Assembly: GCA_031266335.1 (NCBI GenBank)
Contig: JAISBF010000144.1
Coordinates: 1-41,845 of the forward strand
Direction of reading: 5' to 3'
DNA length: 41,845 bases
From: Verrucomicrobiales bacterium
Lineage (GTDB): Bacteria; Verrucomicrobiota; Verrucomicrobiia; Methylacidiphilales; JAAUTS01
Shown: in pieces, positions 27,829 to 35,445 of the stretch
Layout of the letters: each line of letters starts with the position of its first letter
How positions within the stretch are numbered: position 1 is the first letter of the stretch
Notes under the pieces: model-generated
Seen by the model: the letters and a program-made list of their open reading frames with translations, nothing else
Databases searched by the model: none
What the model was told of the DNA's origin: nothing
Translations under genes and position numbers: made by a program

Positions 27829-29069
27829 TGCATCTCATGAAAAAACTGCTGGCCGGTCTCTGCCTGTGCGGCCTGCTGGGCGGGTGGTGCGCCGGCGCTC
27901 AGGCCAGGGTGCTGGTCGGCATTGACACCTTGCGGGCGCTGAACTTCCCCGGTTTGGCGGGCAAGCGGGTCGGGTTGGTGACCAATCCGGCCGGCGTGGA
28001 CGCTGACGGTGTGCCCACCTGGCAGATTTTGCGGGCCGCCAAGCAAGTGCGGCTGGTGGCCTTGTTCGGGCCTGAGCACGGCGTGTACGGCACCGTCAAG
28101 GCCGGCGCCAAGGTGGCCGACCAGCTTGACGCCAACACGGGGCTGCCGGTGTATTCGCTGCACGGCGTGACGCGGAAGCCGACGCCGGACATGCTGCGCG
28201 GCATCGACGTGCTGATTTACGACGTGCAGGACATCGGCGCGCGCAGTTACACCTACATCAGCACGCTGGGGCTGGTCATGCAGGCGGCGGCGGAGCTGGG
28301 GATTGAGGTGTACGTGCTGGACCGGCCCGATCCGCTGGGCGGGCTGCGGGTGGAAGGCGGCGGGGTCAGCCCGGATTACCGTTCCTTCGTCGGGCAATAC
28401 GACATCCCGTATGTGTACGGCCTGACGCCGGGCGAGCTGGCGTTGTGGATCAACGACCGCTGGCTGACGACGCCCTGCAAGTTGAAGGTCTTTAAGATGA
28501 ACGGCTGGACGCGGCGCATGACCTGGCGGGATACCGGGTTGCGCTGGGTGCCGACCTCGCCCAACATCCCCACCCCGCAGGCGGCGGTCGGTTACGCGGC
28601 GACGGGGTTGCTGGGCGACATCGGCGTGACCAACGGCGCCAATGTGACCGCTTACCCGTTCCAGGTCATCGCGGCGGAAAACCTGGACGCCGGCGGCATG
28701 ACCCGGCGGTTCAACGCCATCGGCCTGTCCGGCGTGACGGCGGATCCGTTCTCATTTTACCCCGCCGGGGGCAAATACGCCGGGGTGAGATACAGCGGCA
28801 TCCGGCTGGATTTGGATCCGCACGCCCGCGCCAACCTGCTGGCCATCAATTTCCGGGTGCTGGATGTGTTGCGGGTGATGACGCCGCAGAAGAATTACTT
28901 CAAGCGCGCCAGCGCCGACGGCATTAAAATGTTCGACAAAATCAACGGCGGCCCCGCCAACCGGACGGCCTGGCTGGCGGGCCGGAGCGGCGACCTGATT
29001 GCCCGCTCGTGGCAGGCCAGGGAAGCCAGTTGGCTGGCGGAGCGCAAGCCCTACTTGCTCTATCAGTGA
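27828..29069 (+). CDS. DUF1343 / NamZ-like exo-beta-N-acetylmuramidase, secreted
   Basis: Signal peptide, then GLVTNPAG, LFGPEHG, DVQDIGARSYTY, LDRPDPLGG and WVPTSPNIP. Alternative start at 27837. Confidence 0.88.
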   Translation: MHLMKKLLAGLCLCGLLGGWCAGAQARVLVGIDTLRALNFPGLAGKRVGLVTNPAGVDADGVPTWQILRAAKQVRLVALFGPEHGVYGTVKAGAKVADQLDANTGLPVYSLHGVTRKPTPDMLRGIDVLIYDVQDIGARSYTYISTLGLVMQAAAELGIEVYVLDRPDPLGGLRVEGGGVSPDYRSFVGQYDIPYVYGLTPGELALWINDRWLTTPCKLKVFKMNGWTRRMTWRDTGLRWVPTSPNIPTPQAAVGYAATGLLGDIGVTNGANVTAYPFQVIAAENLDAGGMTRRFNAIGLSGVTADPFSFYPAGGKYAGVRYSGIRLDLDPHARANLLAINFRVLDVLRVMTPQKNYFKRASADGIKMFDKINGGPANRTAWLAGRSGDLIARSWQAREASWLAERKPYLLYQ

Positions 29070-29079
29070 GCGCGGGGGA

Positions 29080-29114
29080 ATTGATTATTGATTATTGAAA
29101 ATTGATTATTTGGT
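29080..29114. repeat. Degenerate heptamer tandem (ATTGATT) x 5 at a convergent gene junction
   Basis: ATTGATT ATTGATT ATTGAAA ATTGATT ATTTGGT. Contains the ybeY stop codon. Confidence 0.7.
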
Positions 29115-29592
29115 AACGGGCCGGCCGCGGGCGCAACACTTGGTTGCGGAGGCGGGTCTGCCGGCGGCGCAGGCGTTGGAAATCCCGCTCGGTGTGATCG
29201 TCGTAACCGCACAGGTGCAGGCAGCCGTGGATGATGTAGGTGAGCACTTCCGCTGCCAGTGACAGTTTTTCCAGGTGGCGCTGACGCTCGGCCACGGCGG
29301 GGCAGACGATGAGTTCGCCGTGGTCGAAGGTGATGACATCGGTGGCGGCGGGGTCGGCCAGAAACTCCCGGTGAACGCGGGCGCTTTCACGGGCGCTGAC
29401 CATGACCACGACCAATTCCCGCACGCGGCCCGGCCAGGCGCGGCCCAGCGCGGCGACGGCCAGTTCAGTTTGCCGGCGCAGCAGGCGCAGCGGCAGCCGG
29501 TGCCGCTTTTGCCGGTTGAGGATTCTTATCCTTGGCCCGGGCGGCGGGGTCCTGGTCTTTTTTGGGTTTGGCGGGGTATTCGGGGCGCGCAT
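29092..29592 (-). CDS. ybeY: rRNA maturation endoribonuclease YbeY
   Basis: TDVITF and the metal-binding IHGCLHLCGYDDH. phoH-HD-ybeY gene order. Start uncertain because of the overlap with the HD gene. Confidence 0.88.
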   Translation of the reverse strand: MRAPNTPPNPKKTRTPPPGPRIRILNRQKRHRLPLRLLRRQTELAVAALGRAWPGRVRELVVVMVSARESARVHREFLADPAATDVITFDHGELIVCPAVAERQRHLEKLSLAAEVLTYIIHGCLHLCGYDDHTERDFQRLRRRQTRLRNQVLRPRPARYQIINFQ

Positions 29593-31102
29593 GGAGCATG
29601 TTTTTCAGGGTGAAGATGAGCCGCTTGGTGATCAGGGAGATTTCGTTGAAGCTGAGTTGGGACTCGTCGAGCTGGCCTTCCTGCACCCGGCTCTTGATGA
29701 CTTCGCGCACCAGGTTCTCCACCCGCTGGGCGGTGGGGTTTTTCAGCGAGCGCGAGGCGCTTTCCACCGCGTCGGCCAGGGAGACGATGGCCGATTCCTT
29801 GGTTTGCGGGATGGGGCCGGGGTAGCTGAACGAGCGCGGGTCAACCTCAGGGATATCCTCCTCGCGCAGCCGCAGAATCTTGCCCCCCTCGCGGGCGTCC
29901 TGCTGCTGTTGCAGGGCGCGCTTGTAAAAATAATACACCAGCGAGGTGCCGTGATGCTCCTTGATGACGTCGATGATAGGCTGGCGCAGGCCGTGCTTGA
30001 GCGCGAGGTCGATGCCGTCCTTGACGTGGCTGATGATAACCAGCGCGCTCATCGAGGGGGTGAGCTGCGCGTGCGGGTCCTGGCCGGGGATGACGTTCTC
30101 GGTGAAATACTGCGGCTTGTCGAGCTTGCCGATGTCGTGGAAGTAGGCGCAGACGCGGCACTGGGTGGGATTGGCGCCGATGGCCTCGGCGGCGGACTCG
30201 GCGAGGTTGGCGACGTTCAGGCTGTGATGATACGTGCCGGGCGCCTCCTCGGCGAGTTGCTTGAGCAGCGGATGCTTCAAGTCGGCCAGCTCGACCCAGG
30301 AAATATCCGTGATGCGGTCAAACAGCCACTCGAACACCGGCAGCACCGCGGCGACGATGAACGAGGTGAGCACTCCCAGGACAATCGCCAGCACCCCCTG
30401 GGAGACCAGAAACAGCGTCTTGTTGGGAATACTGTTCGCGTTGCCCAAATCCAGCACCCCGCCCAGCAACAACGCGCAGGCCAGGCCGACCAAGCTGATC
30501 TTCACCCCGGCCATCAAGATGTCGGCACGGCGGCGGATGTGTTGGCTGAGTTGCGCGGCGGTCAGTCCGGTAATCAAACTGCTCAGGAACACCCCAGGGT
30601 CAGCGCCGATGAACAACATGCCGGACACCGACAGGATAAAAGCCGTGATGAACCCCGCCGCCGGCGAAATCAAAATAGTCAGCAACATCGGCGCCAACGC
30701 CGAGGGCAGCAGCAGCATCGGGATCTGCTCCCCGGTGATTTTCGTGACGTTGGTGTACAGGAAAATGTACTTGTTGACCGCCAGATTAATCACCAGGCAG
30801 AGCATCGTCAGCAGCAGCAACTGATTGCTCTTCCAGACCTCCTTCGACGACAGCGGCAGCAGGAACAGAAACAGCGTGAGAATCAGCACCGTCAGCACGA
30901 AAATCTCATACGCCGGCGCCTCGCTGGCCCACAACCCGATGCGCATCAGCACCGCGAAGAACGCCCCCAGCATCAGCCAGCGCGCCGCCGCGCTCTGCTC
31001 GAACCAGTCGCGCCAGTCCGTGTCCTTGTCCTGGCGGCGCGTCTTGCCGCAGGACAAGCCCTTGCGCTCGAGCGACTTTTTCTTGAGCCATTGTAAAATC
31101 AT
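29465..31102 (-). CDS. Multi-TM HDIG phosphohydrolase (7TM-HD, PgpH/YqfF-like)
   Basis: Several TM helices, then APGTYHHSL, YFHDIGK, YFTEN, HHGT, YPGPIPQTKE and LADAVESASRSL. Start at ATG 31102. Confidence 0.9.
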   Translation of the reverse strand: MILQWLKKKSLERKGLSCGKTRRQDKDTDWRDWFEQSAAARWLMLGAFFAVLMRIGLWASEAPAYEIFVLTVLILTLFLFLLPLSSKEVWKSNQLLLLTMLCLVINLAVNKYIFLYTNVTKITGEQIPMLLLPSALAPMLLTILISPAAGFITAFILSVSGMLFIGADPGVFLSSLITGLTAAQLSQHIRRRADILMAGVKISLVGLACALLLGGVLDLGNANSIPNKTLFLVSQGVLAIVLGVLTSFIVAAVLPVFEWLFDRITDISWVELADLKHPLLKQLAEEAPGTYHHSLNVANLAESAAEAIGANPTQCRVCAYFHDIGKLDKPQYFTENVIPGQDPHAQLTPSMSALVIISHVKDGIDLALKHGLRQPIIDVIKEHHGTSLVYYFYKRALQQQQDAREGGKILRLREEDIPEVDPRSFSYPGPIPQTKESAIVSLADAVESASRSLKNPTAQRVENLVREVIKSRVQEGQLDESQLSFNEISLITKRLIFTLKNMLHARPEYPAKPKKDQDPAARAKDKNPQPAKAAPAAAAPAAPAN

Positions 31103-31109
31103 ACCGGTA

Positions 31110-32078
31110 TCACGCCTGCTCCCGCGTCCCGCGGTGTTGTTGGTACGCGGCGACAATCCTGCCGACCAGCGGGTGCCGGATCACATCCTGCTCCTGGAAA
31201 CGGTAAAAAGCAATCCCCGCCACCCGCTCCAGCGCCTGCGCCGCCTCCAGCAAGCCCGACTGCCGGTGCCGCGGCAAGTCCACCTGCGTCGGGTCGCCCG
31301 TCACCACGCAACGCGAATCCGGCCCGAGCCGGGTCAGGAACATGAACAGCTGCTCCGCCGTGGTGTTTTGCGCCTCATCGAGAATCACAAACGAATTGGC
31401 CAACGTCCGCCCGCGCATGTACGCCAGCGGCGCGATTTCAATGACCCCCTGTTCCAGGTGCCGCGCCACCTCCTCCGCGCCGAGCAATTCCTGCAACGCG
31501 TCATACAACGGCCGCAGATACGGAAAAATCTTCTCCTTTAAATCACCGGGCAAGAACCCCAGCGCCTCCCCCGCCTCCACCGCCGGCCGCGTCAGGATAA
31601 TACGGTGTACCGCCTCGCGCCGCAACGCCGCCACCGCCATCGCCACCGCGAGAAACGTCTTGCCCGTGCCCGCCGGCCCGAGGCCGAAACACAAATCATG
31701 GGCGCGGATCGCGTCGAGATAAGCCTTTTGCGCGAACGTCCGGGGCGTCAGCGCCGCCTGGCGCCCCGGCAGACTGATGCGAGACCGCCACAACTCCTCC
31801 AGCGCCGCCCCGCGCCCGTCCGCCACCGCGTTCAACGTGAACAGAAACTCATGCGCGCGAATCTTCACCCCGTGCCTGACCGCGTCCTGCAACCGGGCGA
31901 ACAACTCGGCGGTTTGCTCAAGCCCCTGGGGCGCCCCCGCCACCTTCAGCCACCCGTCGCGCGTCGTCACCTTGACCGCGCACCGTTGCTCCAACGCCTC
32001 CAGCAACCCGGCCTCACCGGCATACAACCCGGAGAGCACCCGCGCGTTTTCAAAGTTCAACACCTTGGCATGAGACAT
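31110..32078 (-). CDS. phoH: PhoH-family ATPase
   Basis: GPAGTGKTFLA, TRPAVEAGE, LGFLPGD, PLAYMRGRTL, DEAQN and GDPTQVDLP. Start at ATG 32078. Confidence 0.95.
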   Translation of the reverse strand: MSHAKVLNFENARVLSGLYAGEAGLLEALEQRCAVKVTTRDGWLKVAGAPQGLEQTAELFARLQDAVRHGVKIRAHEFLFTLNAVADGRGAALEELWRSRISLPGRQAALTPRTFAQKAYLDAIRAHDLCFGLGPAGTGKTFLAVAMAVAALRREAVHRIILTRPAVEAGEALGFLPGDLKEKIFPYLRPLYDALQELLGAEEVARHLEQGVIEIAPLAYMRGRTLANSFVILDEAQNTTAEQLFMFLTRLGPDSRCVVTGDPTQVDLPRHRQSGLLEAAQALERVAGIAFYRFQEQDVIRHPLVGRIVAAYQQHRGTREQA

Positions 32079-32139
32079 CCAGAAGAAACTATCTTTTAAA
32101 CCATCCCTGTCAACAGGCCAGACCGTAAGGAGTACGAGG

Positions 32140-32218
32140 TTTAACCACGGATGGACACCGATGCACACGGATAAAACCAAAAAACATCCGTGTTCATCCG
32201 TGTCCATCCGTGGTTAAA
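32140..32218. repeat. Palindromic element, family CACGGATG (copy 1)
   Basis: TTTAACCACGGATGGACACCGATGCACACGGAT ... ATCCGTGTTCATCCGTGTCCATCCGTGGTTAAA. Each arm is three 10-bp units. Confidence 0.9.
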
Positions 32219-32230
32219 GAAACGGAAGAG

Positions 32231-32737
32231 GCGGCGCGGTCGCCAAGCGCGGTGGCGCGGTCGCTGAGGGAGGTGGGCGCGGTCGCCAAGCGCGGCGGCG
32301 CGGTCGCTGAAGGAAGTGGGCGCGGTCGCCAAGCGCGGTGGCGCGGTCGCTGAAGGAAGTGGGCGCGGTCGCCAAGCGCAGCGGCGCGGTCGCTGAGGGA
32401 GGTGGGCGTAATCGCCAAGCGCGGCGGCGTGGTCGCTGAAGGAGGTGGGCGTGGTCGCCAAGCGCGGCGGCGTGGTCGCTGAAGGAGGTGGGCGTGGTCG
32501 TCAAGCGCGGCGGCGTGGTCGCTGAGGGAGGTGGGCGTAGTCGTCAAGCGCGGCGGCGCGGTCGCTGAGGGAGGTGGGCGTGGTCGTCAAACGCAGCGGC
32601 GCGGTCGCTGAGGAAGGTGGGCGTAGTCGCCAAGCGCGGCGGCGTGGTCGCCAAACGCGGCGGTGTTAATCGTCAAGCGCAGCGGTGTAGTCGCCAAACG
32701 CAGCGGTGTAATCGTCAAGCGCGGCGGTGTAATCGTC
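32231..32737. repeat. Minisatellite: about 9.5 copies of a 43-bp unit, decaying into about 5 copies of a 21-bp unit
   Basis: The CGYCAA core recurs at 32241, 32284, 32327, 32370, 32413, 32456, 32499, 32542, 32585 and 32628 (period 43). It then recurs at 32649, 32671, 32692 and 32713, with a degenerate copy at 32734 (period about 21). Confidence 0.93.
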
Positions 32738-32924
32738 GAGAAAAGCGCCTCTCCCGCTGAAAGATACGTCTCTCACGACAGAAGAAACTCCACTTTCAGC
32801 GCCCACCCCGTCATCCACAACCCCAACCCCCAACCCATCAACCAAGCGCCCCGGCCTACCCCCCGCGACACCTTCCTCCCCAACCAACCCAACCCTCCGC
32901 GCCTCCGCGTCTCCGCGGTTAAAT

Positions 32925-34187
32925 CTAACAACCCCCCGCCGCCGCCGCCGGCACAATGATCGCGTCACTCATGCCGTGGATGATTTTCTTGTCCGCCGGC
33001 GTAATCGTCACCAACACCCCCTTCAGCGCCGCCTGGCCGTCCTCGACGAAATAGTACGGGCACAGCCGCGCCCGCCCCGGCAGCACCGTCAGCGCCCGCG
33101 CCGCCTCGTCCCAGTACGGATGCTCGACCATGCGGCCCTTCACAAAACGCTGCATGATGCGCGGCGACTCCGCAAACTCCGCCAGCGCCCGCGTCACCGC
33201 CGCGCGCCACTCCTCCCCGCTCACGTCGAACCCCATCGTCACGCCGCGCGAACCCCACGCCAGCGGCGAAAACCCGGACACCTTCAACACCAGCGCGCGC
33301 TCCTTCTGCGAGAACGCCGCCACCTCGCGCCAGCTCTGCACCTCCAGGCCGGGCAGCACCGCCGACGGCGGCAACTCGGTCGGCTCCACCACCCAACTGG
33401 GCGGAATAATCGCCTGCAAATCGCGCCAATAACGGTCACCCAACTCCTGCCGCCAGAACTCGCGCAGCGGCCGCAGCCAAAACAGCGCGAGCCACAACTT
33501 TTCCTCCAGAAACGGCTTCAGCGGCGGGTCCATTCGCACCGTCGGCGAATAACTCGCTGACAGCGACGGCAAATTCCCCCAGTCGAAACACTCGAAGAAC
33601 CGGTACACCGGCTCCCCGCTGAACGTGTACCGTTCCGCCGCGCGCACCCGCCGCGCGCCGTAAAGCCACTCCATCTCCGGGCGATAATCGGCGGCCTCCG
33701 CGCTGATGACGACACTGCCGGCGGGAAAATGCCGGCGCGCCGCTGCCGTCATCCCCGTCGCGCCGCCGACGACCGGCTCGCCGAGCGCGGCGTAAGTCTC
33801 GTTCAACCACGCCGTCAGCCCCACCCCGCCGGGCACGGAATCAATCTCCGACAACGCGAACCCGCCGTCAGCGAGAATCAAATCGGGGCGGATAATCGTC
33901 GGCAAATCGTTCTTGACCGCCGCTGACCGTGCCAGCTCCACCAACTCGCGCGGCTTGCCGAGATCGAGCCATTCCGCGATCCACGCCGGCGCCCGGCCCT
34001 GCCAGCTCTTGCGGTACAACAGATTCGCCGCCTGCAGGAACTTGTGCAACCGCGGCCCGAGCCGGGCCAGAAACTCCACCGTCGCCGCGTCCAGCGGAAA
34101 CGCTGACGGCGCCACCCGCCAAGTCTTGCCCGCGAACAGGCCGCTCGCCGGCATGGCGCGCTTGATGTGTGCGATTCTCTCAATCAT
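32925..34187 (-). CDS. Hypothetical protein, probable ATP-grasp ligase (glutathionylspermidine-synthase / circularly permuted type)
   Basis: IIRPDLIL...ALSEIDSVPGG (RxD...ExD), VLKVSGFSPLAWGSRGV and RIMQRF. Start at ATG 34187, because the upstream extension lies within a repeat. Confidence 0.6.
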   Translation of the reverse strand: MIERIAHIKRAMPASGLFAGKTWRVAPSAFPLDAATVEFLARLGPRLHKFLQAANLLYRKSWQGRAPAWIAEWLDLGKPRELVELARSAAVKNDLPTIIRPDLILADGGFALSEIDSVPGGVGLTAWLNETYAALGEPVVGGATGMTAAARRHFPAGSVVISAEAADYRPEMEWLYGARRVRAAERYTFSGEPVYRFFECFDWGNLPSLSASYSPTVRMDPPLKPFLEEKLWLALFWLRPLREFWRQELGDRYWRDLQAIIPPSWVVEPTELPPSAVLPGLEVQSWREVAAFSQKERALVLKVSGFSPLAWGSRGVTMGFDVSGEEWRAAVTRALAEFAESPRIMQRFVKGRMVEHPYWDEAARALTVLPGRARLCPYYFVEDGQAALKGVLVTITPADKKIIHGMSDAIIVPAAAAGGC

Positions 34188-34200
34188 GGTCGGGTTTCGG

Positions 34201-34356
34201 TTAACCACGGATGGACACGGATGCACACGGATTTCTTTACCAGGAGGACATGGAGGAATTGGAGGGGGCCTTTGGTTGCCGCCAACCTTCCTCCAAGAAC
34301 TCCATGTTCTCTTTGTAAAAAAAATCCGTGTCCATCCGTGTCCATCCGTGGTTGAA
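34201..34356. repeat. Palindromic element, family CACGGATG (copy 2), with a second hairpin nested in its loop
   Basis: Outer arms TTAACCACGGATGGACACGGATGCACACGGATTT and AAATCCGTGTCCATCCGTGTCCATCCGTGGTTGAA. Inner arms TTTACCAGGAGGACATGGAG..TTGGAGG and CCTCCAAGAACTCCATGTTCTCTTTGTAAA. Confidence 0.88.
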
Positions 34357-34357
34357 A

Positions 34358-35236
34358 TTATTTCGTCAACAACCTCGCCGTCAACGTCAGCGCCGCCAGC
34401 AAACTGTCCGCCGAGGCCAGGTTTTTGCCAGCCAGCTCCGCCGCGGTCCCGTGGTCGGGTGAGGCGCGCCAGAACGGCAAGCCCAAAGTCAGATTAACAC
34501 CTTCCGCGAACGCCAGCAACTTGAACGGAATCAGCCCCTGGTCGTGATACAGGCACAGCACGGCGTCGAATTGGCCCGCGACAGCGGCGTTGAACACCGT
34601 GTCCGCCGGCCACGGGCCGCTGACGGTGGCGCCGCGCTTCTTGCGCAGGTGCCGGACCGCGGGCAGCACGATTTTTTGTTCCTCGTCGCCGAACATGCCG
34701 CCCTCGCCCGCGTGCGGGTTTAGGCCGCACACCGCCAGCCGCGGCCGCGCGACGCCGATTTTTCGCAACAGCGTCAGCGTCCGCTCCGCGTGCGTGATGA
34801 TCAGTTCCGGCGTCAGCAATTTAATCGCCGCTGACAATGAGCAATGCGTCGAGACCAGCGCCACGCGCAATTTTGGCGACTGCATGGTCATCGTCACCGC
34901 ATCGTCAGCGAGGCCGCCGGCGCGGGCGTAAAACTCCGTCTGGCCGGGACAATTGAAACCGACGCGCGCGAGGTTTTCCTTGCACACCGGCGCGTTGACG
35001 ACCGCCTGGATTTCGCCGTTGTGCAACAACCGCGCGGATTCGTGCAACGCCGCCAGCGCCGCTGCCGCTGACCGTTGGGAAAGTTTGCCCGGCGTGAACC
35101 CGGCGGCGCTGCCGATGACGCGGACGCTGACGCGGTGTCGCGACGGCCGGAACACCGTCAGCGCCTTGGCAATAATCTCCGGCCCGATGCCGCACGGGTC
35201 GCCGACAGTGAGACCGATGACGGGGAGTGGTTGCAT
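34358..35236 (-). CDS. pdxA: 4-hydroxythreonine-4-phosphate dehydrogenase
   Basis: GDPCGIGPEI, GLNPHAGEGG, GPWPADTVF, YHDQGLIPFK and SPDHGTA. Confidence 0.96.
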   Translation of the reverse strand: MQPLPVIGLTVGDPCGIGPEIIAKALTVFRPSRHRVSVRVIGSAAGFTPGKLSQRSAAAALAALHESARLLHNGEIQAVVNAPVCKENLARVGFNCPGQTEFYARAGGLADDAVTMTMQSPKLRVALVSTHCSLSAAIKLLTPELIITHAERTLTLLRKIGVARPRLAVCGLNPHAGEGGMFGDEEQKIVLPAVRHLRKKRGATVSGPWPADTVFNAAVAGQFDAVLCLYHDQGLIPFKLLAFAEGVNLTLGLPFWRASPDHGTAAELAGKNLASADSLLAALTLTARLLTK

Positions 35237-35264
35237 AGTGCCAAGTTACGCGGCGGGGGAGGGT

Positions 35265-35445
35265 TTGAGAACTCAAAACTCAAAACTCAAAGCTCAAAAC
35301 TCATAGCTCAAAACTCAAAACGCAAAACTCAAAACCACAAGGCAAAGCGCAAAACTACGCCTGAGGCGCCGGACATCGACATCAACTGGTTTTAAATTAA
35401 TCAGTTGTGGTTTTGCGTTTTGAGATTTGCGTTTTGCGTTCTCAA
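35265..35445. repeat. Inverted-repeat element built from heptamers (AAAACTC)n ... (GTTTTGC)n
   Basis: Left arm TTGAGAACTCAAAACTCAAAACTC...AAAACCACAA, about 10 units. Right arm TTGTGGTTTTGCGTTTTGAGATTTGCGTTTTGCGTTCTCAA. Includes the surA-like stop codon. Confidence 0.85.

Noticed and set aside
29402-31096. Long antisense ORFs (e.g. 29402..31096 +, 16499..18025 -, 1962..3449 -, 38171..39487 +)
   Set aside because: These are typical high-GC shadows opposite well-supported genes.
32231-32737. Possible CRISPR array
   Set aside because: The units are contiguous tandem copies with no unique spacers, and there are no cas genes in the window.
32141-32968. ORFs across the minisatellite and the C-rich tract
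   Set aside because: The 43-bp period cycles through all frames, giving low-complexity shadow translations.
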